DNA from: Octopus vulgaris
Lineage: Eukaryota
Direction: 5' to 3'
Length of the DNA: 64,000 bases
Assembly: GCA_951406725.2 (NCBI GenBank)
Contig: OX597815.1
Coordinates: 62,248,001-62,312,000, forward strand
Shown here: in pieces, positions 24,975-38,004 of the stretch
How the letters are laid out: every line of letters starts with the position of its first letter
How positions within the stretch are numbered: position 1 is the stretch's first letter
Position numbers and translations under genes: made by a program
Notes under the pieces: model-generated
The model's database searches: none
Told to the model about the DNA's origin: nothing
Seen by the model: only the letters and a program-made list of their open reading frames with translations

Positions 24975-25014
<40 letters not shown>

Positions 25015-25215
25015 ATGTATATATACAAACATATGCATACATACACTTAGTATTTCATAATGTTGTATTTTGGGATGCTCGTTTTTTTTTTGCCAAATAA
25101 ACACACGCACTATATATATTCGTTATTCACTCGTTTATTACTGTTCTTATTGTAACTCATGTCCATTCTCTGAGAATGGAATAAGCAGAGCAAGAGAACA
25201 CACGAAGATGGAAAG

Positions 25216-25267
25216 TGTCACTGATGAGATCATAGGTGTGTGATGAGTGACGAAAGATTTCCGGACA
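25216..25267 (+). ncRNA. Hammerhead-like motif (imperfect)
   Basis: TGTCA CTGATGA G ATCATA-GGTG-TGTGAT GAGTGA C GAAA GATT T C CGGACA. Confidence 0.5.
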
Positions 25268-25353
25268 ATGTACATGAGGTAGAATAAGAACCCCTCCACC
25301 CCCCAAAAATGATCATCTCAAAATACATCTGCAACACAAATTCATGAACGTAA

Positions 25354-25683
25354 AGTATTTTATAAGCTTAGAGCTTATAAGCGATCATCACGCAATGATC
25401 AAAGAAAATAGTCTAATAATGAGGTATATAAGCCCCCGACAGAAAAAAGTAGGTGTTGCCGTACACAAGGAACTCGAACCCACATCTCTTTGTTTTCGCG
25501 ACAAGTGTGCTAACCATTTACCCCACCATAGAACCAGAAAAATTTCTACGTTGGTGCAAATGGTTAGCACATTTGTTGCGAAAACAAAGAGATGTGGATT
25601 CAATTCCCACGCATACAAGAAATCCCACTTTCTTTCGTCATTGCCCGATGATCGCTTATAAGCTTTAAGTTCATAAAATGCTA
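25354..25683. mobile_element. Foldback/MITE-like element enclosing two divergent tRNA-like units
   Basis: Outer arms AGCTTATAAGCGATCATC...CAATGA and TCATTG...GATGATCGCTTATAAGCT. Inner inverted tRNA-like copies at about 25458-25532 (-) and 25546-25618 (+). Confidence 0.7.
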
Positions 25684-25779
25684 TTATTAGTTACAGAATT
25701 GCAAAAACCGACGCTGCTTAACAAAAACCATTACATGTTATCTCCCCAACTTCTTCACTCTCTTGTGTGACCCTTCTGT

Positions 25780-25992
25780 TCGGCAGTCACCATGATAGAT
25801 CGGTAGCCACTACACACATATTTTTTCTCTCCTTGTTTCTCTCCTTGTTTCTTTCTGTGTTCCTTTCTGTATAAGAGCGTAGGCTCGAAACATAAAAGAC
25901 TTTTTCAATTCCTGAGCGTTATACTAATACATCTGTTTGTTTTCTACACCACCTGTCTTCGTCTTTTGTTTTTTTCATGAACTCTCCCCCTA
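25780..25992 (+). mobile_element. Short repeat with a decayed HHR; copy of 5170-5345
   Basis: CCTTT CTGTATA A GAGCGTAGGCTC GAAA CAT A AAAGA, plus downstream homology. Confidence 0.65.
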
Positions 25993-26235
25993 TATATATA
26001 TATATATATATATATTAGTATATATATATATGTACAGTTATATATCTAGAAAGTGTATGTCTGTAAGTCCATAAACACATGTTCCACTTCTATAAATTCA
26101 TGCATCAAATTTTAAACACAGATATAAGCATATAATCAGACTTGCATGTACTAGGATACATATAGGAGGTTTCGCGATGCAAACAGGATAAGACACGAAA
26201 TTTTCGGCCTTTAAGTCACTCTATTACTTCTTCTT

Positions 26236-26340
<105 letters not shown>

Positions 26341-26357
26341 TTATATATATATGTGTT

Positions 26358-26393
<36 letters not shown>

Positions 26394-27311
26394 TACATGC
26401 ACAAACACATGTATATATATGTTCATATATTCATACATACGAACATACATGCATACATGCATACATACATATATACATGCATACATACGTATATAAGACA
26501 TGTACATACACGCACGTGTGTGTGTGCGTGTGTGTGTGTGTGTGTATATGTGTGTTACATTGTCAGTGAGATAGAGGCCGTCCGTATTGTAAGCAAATAT
26601 CGTTTCTATATATAGGCGGACATACTGGATCACGCAATCGAGACGCAGATACGTATATGCGTATGTATGGGTATGTATGGGTATGTGTGTGTGTGCGTAG
26701 ACGGGCGGGAGGGGGGAAGCGAGAGCGGCGGGATGTACGAGGGTATAAAATAGATGAGTATAGTCAACGGTAGGCGATAGAGGGTAGAGGTTTTGTTGAT
26801 ATACGGGTACAGAGAGTGTGTGGGTAGCGGTATGTTAGGGTGGGAGGGAAGAGAGAGAAATAAGTGCAAGAACGTGAGTGAAGTGCGAGGTGTGACTAGA
26901 TTAGTATTACATGAGTGAGCTGGGGAGGGAGGTGGGAGGAAGGGGTTAGATGTAGATGCGGGGCAGGGGTGGAGGAAAGACATAGAGGGTGGGTGAGGGG
27001 TGATTAGCAAGAATACGACTGTACGTGAGTACCTATTGGCACGTATCTCTTTACACACACATACACACTCACACATACACACACATCCGTGCGCATATGC
27101 CTATATTTTCAGATAATATATATGTGTATGTATATGTACACATACACGTATATACGTATGTACTGACGCACGCACACATATGTCTCCAACTGATCGACAC
27201 ATATACACATATATATCATTATATGTATATATGCTCGGGCCTTGTGCTAGCGTGGAAAAGATTATATGTATATATGCACACGCAAGAGAATGTGTAATAT
27301 TATATCTAAGC

Positions 27312-27370
27312 ATGTATGTATGTATGTATGTATGTATGTATGTATGTATGTATGTATGTATGTATGTATG

Positions 27371-27415
<45 letters not shown>

Positions 27416-27420
27416 GTCTG

Positions 27421-27519
<99 letters not shown>

Positions 27520-27570
27520 GACTGACTGTGTGTTTGACTGTCTGTCTATCTATCTGTCTGACTGTCTGTC
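27312..27570. repeat. Compound (ATGT)n-(ATCT)n-(GTCT)n tetranucleotide microsatellite
   Basis: Direct reading. Confidence 0.95.
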
Positions 27571-27669
27571 TCCCTTCCTCTCTTTCTCTCTCACTGTCAC
27601 TCTAGATCTAGCTAGCTTTCTTTTTTTCCTGTCTGTCTGACTAACTCTCTCTTTCTCTCTGTCTGTCTC

Positions 27670-27710
<41 letters not shown>

Positions 27711-28229
27711 TTCTATAGCTTTCTCTTCTATCACGCGCTCTTTCACTACATAAACAAATACAGAAAAGATATGAGAATAAGATACAAGCACCCAAAGACT
27801 TTTTACTATACGTACACAAACACACACATATGTATATATATACGGTCATGTATTTCTGTATTTATTTGTGTTCTGTGCACATATATATAAACGTATATAT
27901 AAGTATGTATATATATGTATATGTGTATATATGTGCGTATGTGTTTGCAATTCATGTAGCCGCAAATTGAATAAACTGTGGAGTGGCTATTGTAGAAACG
28001 TCTTTTGTAAAACATGATATCACTGGTGGACCCACCCGCCGCTAGACTATGCAATGAGAAGATCACGTGGGAGAGATCTGGTTATCGATTATTAGTTTTT
28101 ATCTAAAAAGAAAAAAAAAAGGTAAAGAACGAGACGGACTGAAGATTGAAGAGACAACACTAGTAACTAAGAGTTACGAGGTACATCTGGGGGAGGACCT
28201 AATGCATCATAATATGGTTAAATGTTATA

Positions 28230-29111
28230 CGAAGTGGTATCAAAAGTTCCCGGAACAGTTCTGTAGTGCGCGAACTGATTGCAGCACACGGTTGCTTGCG
28301 CAATGAGAGCCATCAGTGACCTTCATGAGGCAGTGTACAGAGTGACATTTCTGTGTTTATTTCACAAGTTGTGAAATTTGCATTTTTGTGGTCACGTGTA
28401 TGCCTGTAGTCTGCGATGGAACAGAGGGTTGGAACAAAGAGCCAATGTGAAATTTTGTGTTAAACTTGGAAAGTCTGCTATAGAGACATTGAGCATGCTT
28501 CGGCAAGCTTTTGGCGACGAGGCAATAGGTCGTATGCAATGTTTCGAGTGGCACAGGCGCTTGAAAATGCACAACAGAGCAGCAGCTTAGTTAAGAGCAT
28601 GCTCATCGGTTTTTTTCGACGTACATCGAGAATTTGTCCCCCAGGGTCAGACCGTTCTACTGTGACATTTTGAAGTGTTTGAAGAAGGACATTCGGCGAA
28701 AGCGACCGGATCTGTGGAGCACCAAGTCTTGGATTCTTCGCGACAATGTACCCTGTGAATGAGCTCTCCTCACCGATGAGTTTCTCGCTAAAAAACAACA
28801 TGGTATCGCTTCTGCACCCGCCTTATTTGCCACATTTAACACCTGCAGGCTTCTATCTTTTCTCTAAGATGAAGAGGGAGCTCAAAGGTCGCCGTTTTAA
28901 CACCGTTGTCGAGATCAAGAGCGAATCGCAGAAGGTCCTCGACTCGCTTCCAGGAAACGACTTCCAGGCTGGATTCAAAAGTGCAGGAACACAGGGACCG
29001 GTGTATTGCCACGCAAGGTAACTATTTCGAAAGAGATGATGTTAAAACTTAGGTAAATAAGTTATTTTTTATTAAACAGAACTAGTCCGGGAAGTTTGTG
29101 ATACCACCTCG
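28230..29111 (+). mobile_element. Internally deleted mariner transposon
   Basis: Imperfect TIRs CGAAGTGGTATCAAAAGTTCCCGGA and TCCGGGAAGTTTGTGATACCACCTCG with TA flanks. Remnants EQRANVKFCVKLGKSA..FEWHRR and HPPYLPHLTPAGFYLFSKMK. Confidence 0.92.
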
Positions 29112-29344
29112 TATATAAACTATAAACAGGTTGGTTGAATGTACTTTTGTAAAGATGACTGTCCCTTACTCACAGCTACTATATTCGCTGGATTTTACTG
29201 AGGTTCCAGCTGCTACAGATAAGGTCACTAAAAACATTCAATACAGCTTTCGAAGACTGAAGCGATAAAAGTACTTACAATGAATTTAAACAAAAATTGA
29301 TCGAAGGAAAATAACCCAAAATGACCAGTGGCTTATATATGGAC

Positions 29345-29656
29345 AACATAGATAAATATAGGTATATCAAATACCATACAAGATAAATTCTTATCTATAT
29401 CTGAAGGATGCGTTATAATTACTTAATAATAGCAATTAAGGCCAGCAGCCAAAAATATTTCCCTATAGGTGTCTCCTTATCTTTGGACAATAAGCTAGTC
29501 CTTTTCTCAAATGGCATCTCAACTTTGGAGAATTCTTGAACCTTGACATTATATCCCCTTCTCATATGAAGCTGGCCTCTATTGCGGGGGAGATAAATTT
29601 AATAAATCAAGAATTATTTGATATCCCTGTGTGGTATTTGATATACCTGTATCTAA
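29345..29656 (+). mobile_element. Short element with inverted termini and a possible decayed HHR
   Basis: AGGTATATCAAATACCATACA at about 29360 is inverted at about 29628-29650. Confidence 0.5.
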
Positions 29657-31596
29657 GTAATTACAAACTGTATTGACCCCCAACATGCAGACCTATGATC
29701 AAAAGCGTCCCAAATGTGACCAGTCTTTTCTGTAGACTATATATTACCCAAAGTCCTTTTATTTAACAGTATAGAATATAGTTTGATGGGTAATCAGCTT
29801 CTACTTTTAGAAAATTCATTCACATCCGACTAACACTCTCATTTATCATGATTAGACGCTCTATCTCTACTATACTGTGATCATCAGTTCCAACTTTATT
29901 GTCTTCATTAACCGATATATCTGTCCTGTATTAGTGTAGATGTAATCATGCAAGTAAGAATTTCATTCCGCAGTACTCTGGCAAGCATCTTTTACCAAAG
30001 ATTGTTTTTGACCCAGCGCTTCTGTGTGAAAGTGGAGAGACTTTGTAGCGTTTATTGAGTAAATTGTACTTGTTCTCAGGTAGTAGATTTAATCCGGTTC
30101 AGCACTGTCAAATGGTCCTTGGACACTTTTATATAAGTTGGTTCGGCAGCAGTCATTCAAGATCAATTTTCTAATCGGAAGATATCAAAAACTCTCTCCA
30201 CTTCTGGCATGTCTTGCATAAATTCCGGTAAATTTATCACGAGTAATTACAACTTGGTAAATACATTGCCTGTTATTTCATCGCTGATAATTTACAGGAA
30301 ATGACAATACATCGTCAGCAAATTCATTGTAAATTCATGATAATTATTTTTTATCCGCAGAGTAAACACATTGCTAAACTATTTTTGAAAGTTTTTATTT
30401 GCAGAGGAAATAAATCTTGTTTCATTAATTAAGAGTAATTCAGAAATAAACATTATTAATATCAAATTTATTCAATATATTCAAAAGTAAACCAAAGCTG
30501 GTTTTAAATATAAAATCCTCAGGCTTAATATGATGATGTGCTTTGGTTTCGTATTGCAGAAAGAAGAAGCGATTTAAAAAGTCAAATTGTAGACAACGCC
30601 GCTGATATTTCTTGATAATATGGTGAATTCTCGTGATACAGTTTTTGTATTTCTTTTTGCGAAGTGGAATTTCTACACTAGCGATGCTGTAATTGTTTAT
30701 TAGTTCATCTCTTGATTGTTCCTTTTCCAAGAATTTTGAAGGTTTCTTGATGGTTGGATGGAAATTTCTGTCTTTGAATTTCTTTTTCAATGTTACTGAG
30801 ATGTAACGTATTTACTCGGTTAATATAATTTTCCAGTAATATCTAACAAGGTATTTAGCATTAACATGAAAAAAGAGACAAAACATTGTGATTAATATGC
30901 CGACGATAGATTGAATCTGCCGATGTAAATAACCACAATAATTTACGACGAACCATCTTACCATCTTGGTGGCCTTGATTAAAGTTCATGGATGCTGCCT
31001 TTGTCTAAACTATACAAAAAAGAGTTTATGCACAAGAGCTTCATGCACTTTTACAAAGGGTCCCAACGATTATATTTTAATTAGATACCATATTTGTGAC
31101 ATAGCCTAAACATTTCGTTGCGTTTGTCTATCTTTCTGCCGATAGATGTATTCAACAATGATAAGATATTGTTGTCCTAGAATTTAGAATTTTCTTCAAT
31201 ATCTTTATGGTCGTAGTTATTATTATGGTTGCTCTTCCACATGTTTCTTGCTAATGTCATTGTTGGTTCTGCTGCTGCCGCTGTTGTTGTTGTTGTTGTT
31301 ACTATGATGTAGTTAGAGATTGTTTATATTAGGAAAATTTGGCTGATAATTTTAGCAGGTCGAGTTACCGTAGCTATACTCTCATATGAGCTTCGTGCAA
31401 CTATATATGTGAATGATGTATGTATGTATGTATAAGTTTATAAGTATTCATAAGTAGTGGCTCTCATGCGCACGCATGTTAGATACTCAGATACAAATAT
31501 GTAAACGCACACACAATCGCTGTCACGAGCAATCATACGTGCCTGCATACATGCATGCATACGTACATGCATGCATACGTACATGCATACATACTT

Positions 31597-31614
<18 letters not shown>

Positions 31615-31632
<18 letters not shown>

Positions 31633-34053
31633 GAGACGGGAGATATGTGTGTGTATGTGAGCCTGTAGGTGACCGACCATTAAGCTGATCCCACATAAAA
31701 TCAGTATTTTTCATCCGATTTCGTTCAGGCTTGGCAATACATCACTTATGTTCCACAGATGATTCTAAAAGTGTCGCTTATAGAGTAATATGGAGTAATG
31801 CGTCTTCTAGCGAAAGGGTCAGAAAAACCTCCATTTCTGATAGATGGTGACTATTGTGTACAAGAGAGGTAACTCTTTGCAAAGTAACATTCATAGATTG
31901 TCTCCCTTACATTTGAACCCCCACCTCGCTACACCTTTTTGATTGATACTCGGTGGGTCGTATCCAACAACAAGAGGCTCTGCAAAGCATTTCATGCACA
32001 CATCAACGTAGAATTCTGTAATTCTGTCAAATCCATACGTTACGTATGCAAGTATATTACCAAAGGACAGAGCCGTTTTTCAAATAAAATTCTACATCCA
32101 CAGACTAAAACTGTAAATTGCTGACAACGATCCCCTTGTGAATTACGATCAAGTTGACGTATACAATTTTGTCCTCGCAAACATCCGCACACATACTGGC
32201 GGATTAATCTTCTTAGACGCACCCGATGGAACTGGAAAAACATTCCTTCTGAATCTTCTTGCAAAGTTGCGGCATAATGGTGTTGTCTCCTCAGAAATAG
32301 CCTCGACTCTTCTCGACGGCGGATGAGCAGTACACTCTATCTTCAAATTGTCTTTCAATGTAGCACATCAAGAAAGCACAACGTATAATGCATTCCTCGG
32401 ACGCAGCGACAATTTTGAATAAGTGCAAACTCATTGTTTGGGATGAAGCAGCTATGTGCTCCAAATGTTCCCTACGAGCACTTGATACCACATTGAGAGA
32501 CCTTAGATCGAACAACTACATTCTTGGAGGTGCGACTCTACTTTTTGCAGAATATTTTCGACAAACTCTGCCTATTATATCTAAAGGAACACCAGCTAAT
32601 GAACTTAGTGCCTGCCTTTAAAAACGCATCCTTTGTTCGCGTGCCCAATCGAAACAACTCACCATCAACATGAGATCACTCATACAGACTGCTCAGCCTT
32701 ACAACTCAGTTTTCGGAAATGCTCCTTAAAATCGGCAATAGACAAATTACGTCCAACGATAACGGATACATTGACATACCACCATTGGCCATTCTGTCTC
32801 CAGCCGTGATGACTTATGTTCTGCCGTTACTCAAATCTTACAACAGAATACATAAAACGAGATTGGCTTAGCGACAGGACTGTTCTTGAACCTACAATTG
32901 CAGCTGTCAACACTCTTAACTACGACTTACTCAGTCAGCTACCTTCTCAAGAACGTTCTTACAGACCAGTTGACACACTTACCGACCTTGATCAGGTTAC
33001 ACACTTTCCAACAGAATTTCTCAACTCCAGGACTCCCTCCCCATGAACTTCACTTAAAAGTCGGTTGCTCTGCCATCCTCCTACGCACTCTAAATGCACC
33101 CATGCTATGTAATAGAACTCGCCTTGTGGTCAAACAAATGATGGCTCATGTTATTGAAGCCCAAATTATCACGTGACATGGCAAAAACGATACCGTTTTT
33201 ATTTCGAAAATTACGCTAAACCGAATAGACTGCTCCTACCCTCTGCAGAGACTTTAGTTCCCGTTCAAACTTAGCTTCGCCATGACAATTAACAAAGCAC
33301 AAGGTCAGTCACTGAAAGTTGTCAGATTGGACCTTCGAACGTCGTCCTTTTCACATGGACGGTTCTACGTCGCTTGTTCCAGAGTTGACCATCCAAACAA
33401 CTTATTCCTAAAGGAAAAACCAAAAATGTCGTCTACAAAGCAGTTCTACAGTAGTTATTTCTCTGCTGCAATCTTCACACCTACGCTAAACTGTAGCCGT
33501 TAGCAATCAGGCATCCTGCAAGCATTTCATTGATATTTTGCTTCATTTCCCCTTATTGCTGTTAACAGTGCATTACTTTCAATGACCCTTCTTCCTTCAC
33601 GCACGCTGTTCGTTCATAAGCGTGCCCTGATACGTATTTTTGTAAATGCCATTATTCATTTTCTGTGTTTGTTATAAATGTTTACTTTTCTTTAACATAC
33701 ATGATTTTCATTCAAGAAAAGCTTCAATGCCGTTGTGTCAGGCATTACGAGAAAAATAAATACATGATACAAAACGCTTCAAGTAAGATGTAGAATCCTT
33801 AATAGCTACTGCAATTGCAATCTCATTTCATGGACTTTCATTTATTACTGAAGGGCAAATTTGTGTTCAAAAAATTTATTCGTTACCAAAGTTTCTTAAT
33901 ACCATATCATAAGCTGTTAACGAAAATGGTAATTATACATTTTAAGCTTATCAACTAGAAAAGACTTCTAACTGCGGCCCAATTCAACTTAAAACGTCCA
34001 AAGGAGTGCACCATTATAATAATTACACCGTCCAAAGGACGGGTGCATTTGCT

Positions 34054-34055
<2 letters not shown>
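31615..34055 (+). mobile_element. Internally deleted Helitron
   Basis: Rep and PIF1 helicase remnants. 3' hairpin CCGTCC-AAA-GGACGG followed by CTAG at 34052-34055. The 5' boundary is approximate. Confidence 0.88.
31939..33450 (+). pseudogene. Helitron RepHel remnant (end of Rep fused to PIF1 helicase)
   Basis: HINVEFCNSVKSIRYVCKYITKG (Rep), FLDAPDGTGKTFL (Walker A), IVWDEAAM, FRQTLP, GLPPHELHLKVG and [11 protein letters not shown]...[11 protein letters not shown]. Confidence 0.93.
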
Positions 34056-34103
<48 letters not shown>

Positions 34104-34123
34104 GTATATCTATGTATATGTGT

Positions 34124-34165
<42 letters not shown>

Positions 34166-34267
34166 ATATATATATATGTATATATGTTTATATATATATA
34201 AATATATTTATGTATATATATACACACACAGATACACACACACGCACACATACACACATACACACAC

Positions 34268-34363
<96 letters not shown>

Positions 34364-34470
34364 AGAGTATGAGACACTCAGAGAATATGAGATTCTGAAA
34401 CTTTTTCTGCAGCGGAAGTTTTCGCATCGGATTGCTTACGAGTGAAAGAAAACAAAACAGAAAAGAACAG

Positions 34471-34532
<62 letters not shown>

Positions 34533-35852
34533 AGAGGCATAATGCATGTACGTACAAAAGTTTACGCAGAAGAAGCAAAACACGGTAAGAGTAAAAACTA
34601 AAAAGAATATGAGAAAAAGAAAGAAGAGAAAGAAATAAAGGAAGAAAGAAAGAAAGATGGAAACAAAGAGAGAAAGAAAGAAAGGAAGAAAGGAAGAAGC
34701 AATGAATAATTCGAATGTGAGGAGGTAGATGAAGAAAAAGCAGGAGTAAATTTATAGAGAGGAAAGAGACGTGGAAAGTGATGAAACCAAAATGGCAGAC
34801 AGCTGTGTTAGGAAAACATGGCGTGTATTTAGATAGTTAAAGCTGCAAAGCTTGCAACAACAAACATGGGGTCAAACTGCTGTCTTTGGTGCTGTGTTTG
34901 TTGTTTTTGCTAATCTTGTTGTTGGTATTAGCGAACGTAGAATGACAGAGCTTTTATTGTAGTAGATGTTGTTGTTTTTACTGTTGTTGCCGCTGCTGTC
35001 GCTGATTCTACACTGGTTATTGCTGCTACTGCTAGGAGTAGTGGTGGTAGTGTTGCTGCTCAGTAGTATCCCCAGTCAGGTTTATCTAAAACTAAATTTT
35101 CGTAGGTAGAGAATAGTTGAGCCAAAGGAACTTATGATTGGTTGCTTATTCTAGTGATGACCATCTCAGCGTTAATGCAGAGACGATGTTGACGTTCAAT
35201 ATGTAAGATTTTAAATTCATTGTCAGAAGATTGTATGTCCACAGAGGGCACAACATTTTATATTTTACCTTTTAGTCAATAAGGAAGGTAGTATCCGAAC
35301 TGGCAGAAGGGAGGGAAAGAGATGTATTTAGAATGAAAACGTCGTCTTAAAGTTTGCGATAACATAAACACTACTAAAGACTCCAAAAGTGCCATATTAA
35401 CTCTTTGTAGGTAACAGCGAGATTTGAACTCGGAATGCAAGGCATTGGATCTGATCTTCTTGAAGTTTCGTCAATCCACCTCATTGTATTACTGAATTTT
35501 TATCAAACCCGAAAAAATGACAAGCAATGTCAACCTTGGAAGGACTTGAACTCAGCAAGTTGGAACAAATGACCGACGCTTTAACGTCTCCGCCAAATCA
35601 CCGCCATGGTAGAGGAAGTTCTTCATTAACCTAATTATATTTTCCAGGACTTCATTATCTAATGTATCCATTTATTTTAATAATCTGGGCCAGTATGTAA
35701 GGAGTTTAAGGGACTTGGCTGTAAGTTCCCCTGCAGCCAAGTCCCTTAAACTCTTATGCAATTTGCTGTCAATCAAATTGTGAAATATTTTGCTGTAGTT
35801 GTTTAGTCTCAGTTGGGCCCGCACTGGATTGAGCAATATCATAGACTCCAAT

Positions 35853-35853
35853 A

Positions 35854-35885
<32 letters not shown>

Positions 35886-35886
35886 G

Positions 35887-35949
<63 letters not shown>

Positions 35950-35959
35950 CCACCGCCGC

Positions 35960-35991
<32 letters not shown>

Positions 35992-36106
35992 CCGCCGCCA
36001 CCGCCGCTACCACCACCACCACCACCACCACCACCACCACCACCACCACCACCACCACCACCACCACCACCAACAACAACAACACCACTACCACCACCAC
36101 CACCGT
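35853..36106. repeat. (GCC)n grading into (ACC)n trinucleotide repeat
   Basis: Direct reading. Confidence 0.95.
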
Positions 36107-36129
36107 CACCATTGTCTTGAGTCTAAGGA

Positions 36130-36360
36130 CTCATATGGCCGGTTATTCGGTTTCCATGGCGTGTAAGTGACCAAGATCACAACATATCCTTTGAATGGGA
36201 CGCCAGTCCGTCGCAGAGTTATCCATTTACAGCTAAGTTGACTGGAGAAACTTTAAAATGAAGTGTTTAGCTCAAGAACACAATGCACTACCCGGTCACA
36301 GACTCGAAACCCCAGTCTTGGGATCATAAGTGTAACACATTAACCACAAGACCACACGCA
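36130..36360 (-). mobile_element. tRNA-derived SINE of a second family
   Basis: The reverse complement begins GCGTGTGGTCTTGTGGTTAATGTG...GGGTTTCGAGTC (box A/B), followed by GCATTGTGTTCTTGAGCTAAACACTTC. Confidence 0.65.
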
Positions 36361-36638
36361 AGATTTGGTTGCTATTCATAGCAAGTCGCACAATTACGTA
36401 GCGTCTTCCTTGTGAACTGCTTCTAGGCGTCGATAGTATTATGATTATAATTGTGGTAATGTTGAAGTCATCGTCTCATTTCGTGGTTTATTTTATTTTT
36501 AACAGAATTTCTTGTAATTCGTGGTGTTAGTTTCAAGTTATGTGGATATAACTTACGCGGTTTGACATTTCGATGTTTTTCTTGTAGTCAGTATACAAGT
36601 TACTAACGATGCCAACGCATCTTTTTTATTTGTATTAT

Positions 36639-36697
<59 letters not shown>

Positions 36698-36743
36698 TTA
36701 TTATTATTATTATTACTATTATTATTATTAGTATTATTATTAC

Positions 36744-36790
<47 letters not shown>

Positions 36791-37028
36791 CTATTATTAT
36801 TATTATTATTATTATTATTAGTCATGAAAGATACACGAATAACATAAATCTGTTTACAAGTTTCACTTGTTCGTATTCTCATAAAATATTCTGAGTTTTC
36901 AGTACTCAAAATCACACGAAGACAAATTATATTTATAGATGATTCGCATCCCACCCTGGGGTGTGGGTAGGTTGAACAAAATGACAGTGGAGTTCCATCA
37001 GATTTACACGAAACGTTGTCATTAATAG

Positions 37029-37188
37029 CTTCTTCTTCTTCTTCTTCTTCTTCTTCTTCTTCTTCTTCTTCTTCTTCTTCTTCTTCTTCTTCTTCTTCTT
37101 CTTCTTCTTCTTCTTCTTCTTCTTCTTCTTCTTCTTCTTCTTCTTCTTCTTCTTCTTCTTCTTCTTCTTCTTCTTCTTCTTCTTCTTC
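37029..37188. repeat. Pure (CTT)n/(GAA)n tract
   Basis: About 160 bp, uninterrupted. Confidence 0.97.
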
Positions 37189-37800
37189 ATATTTGTTAAG
37201 AAGTATGATTTCTTGTTTGTATTTGTCAGCTTCCTTAAATACTGAGAACAATTTTTTTGTTTTCCTCGTGTTTTGCCGCTATTTGTATCAGTTTTCCTTG
37301 CTTCTGAAGTAGATATGTTTGCCATCCTATGGTGGTTATTTTATAATAGTTTTCCAGCTGTATAAAGCCTCTACCACCTTCTATATGTTGTATATATAGC
37401 CTTTCTATGTTAGATTTTGGGTGGTGCATCCTAGATCCTGTCATTATTTTTCTTGTTTTGCTATCTATTTTAGTCAGTTCATTTAGTGTCCAGTTAAGGA
37501 TATTGTAGCTGTAACTTATAACTGGGACGGCTAAAGTGTTGATACCTATTATCTTGTTTTTAGCATTGAGCTCTGTTTTCAGTATTGATCTGACTCGTCT
37601 TCATTTGTGTGTGTTGTGTCTTATCTAGTTCATGGATTCCTAAATATTTGTATGTCTGGCTTTGGTCTAATTCTCTTATTTCATTGGCTTTATCTAGCGT
37701 GATGTTGCTACTCTTAACTAGTTTTCCTTGTTTGAAGATTGCTTTGGCGCACTTTTCTAATCCAAATTTCATATTTATTTCTTTGGTAAATTCATGTACT
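37189..37800 (-). pseudogene. R4/Dong-like RT fragment (family A)
   Basis: MKFGLEKCAKA, YKYLGI and RMHHPKSNIERLYI..EGGRG. Homologous to 41000-41560. Confidence 0.85.
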
Positions 37801-37806
37801 TTATTT

Positions 37807-37875
<69 letters not shown>

Positions 37876-38004
37876 TATTATAATTATTATTATTATTATT
37901 ATTGTTAATATCCCCCTACTTCTCCTCCTTCTCCTCCTCCTCCTCCTCCTCCTCCTCCTCCTCCGCATCATCATCATCGTCGTCGTCATCATCATCATCA
38001 ACAT

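Noticed and set aside
29393-29470. Possible HHR (CTGAAGGA...CCAAAAATATTTC)
   Set aside because: G12 is missing and the stems are weak. At best a decayed relic, so it was not counted.
35672-36170. Poly-Ala/Thr/Arg/His ORFs
   Set aside because: Products of (GCC)n/(ACC)n, open in several frames on both strands.
36553-37325. Poly-E/K/N/S ORFs
   Set aside because: Trinucleotide repeats fused to a LINE fragment.
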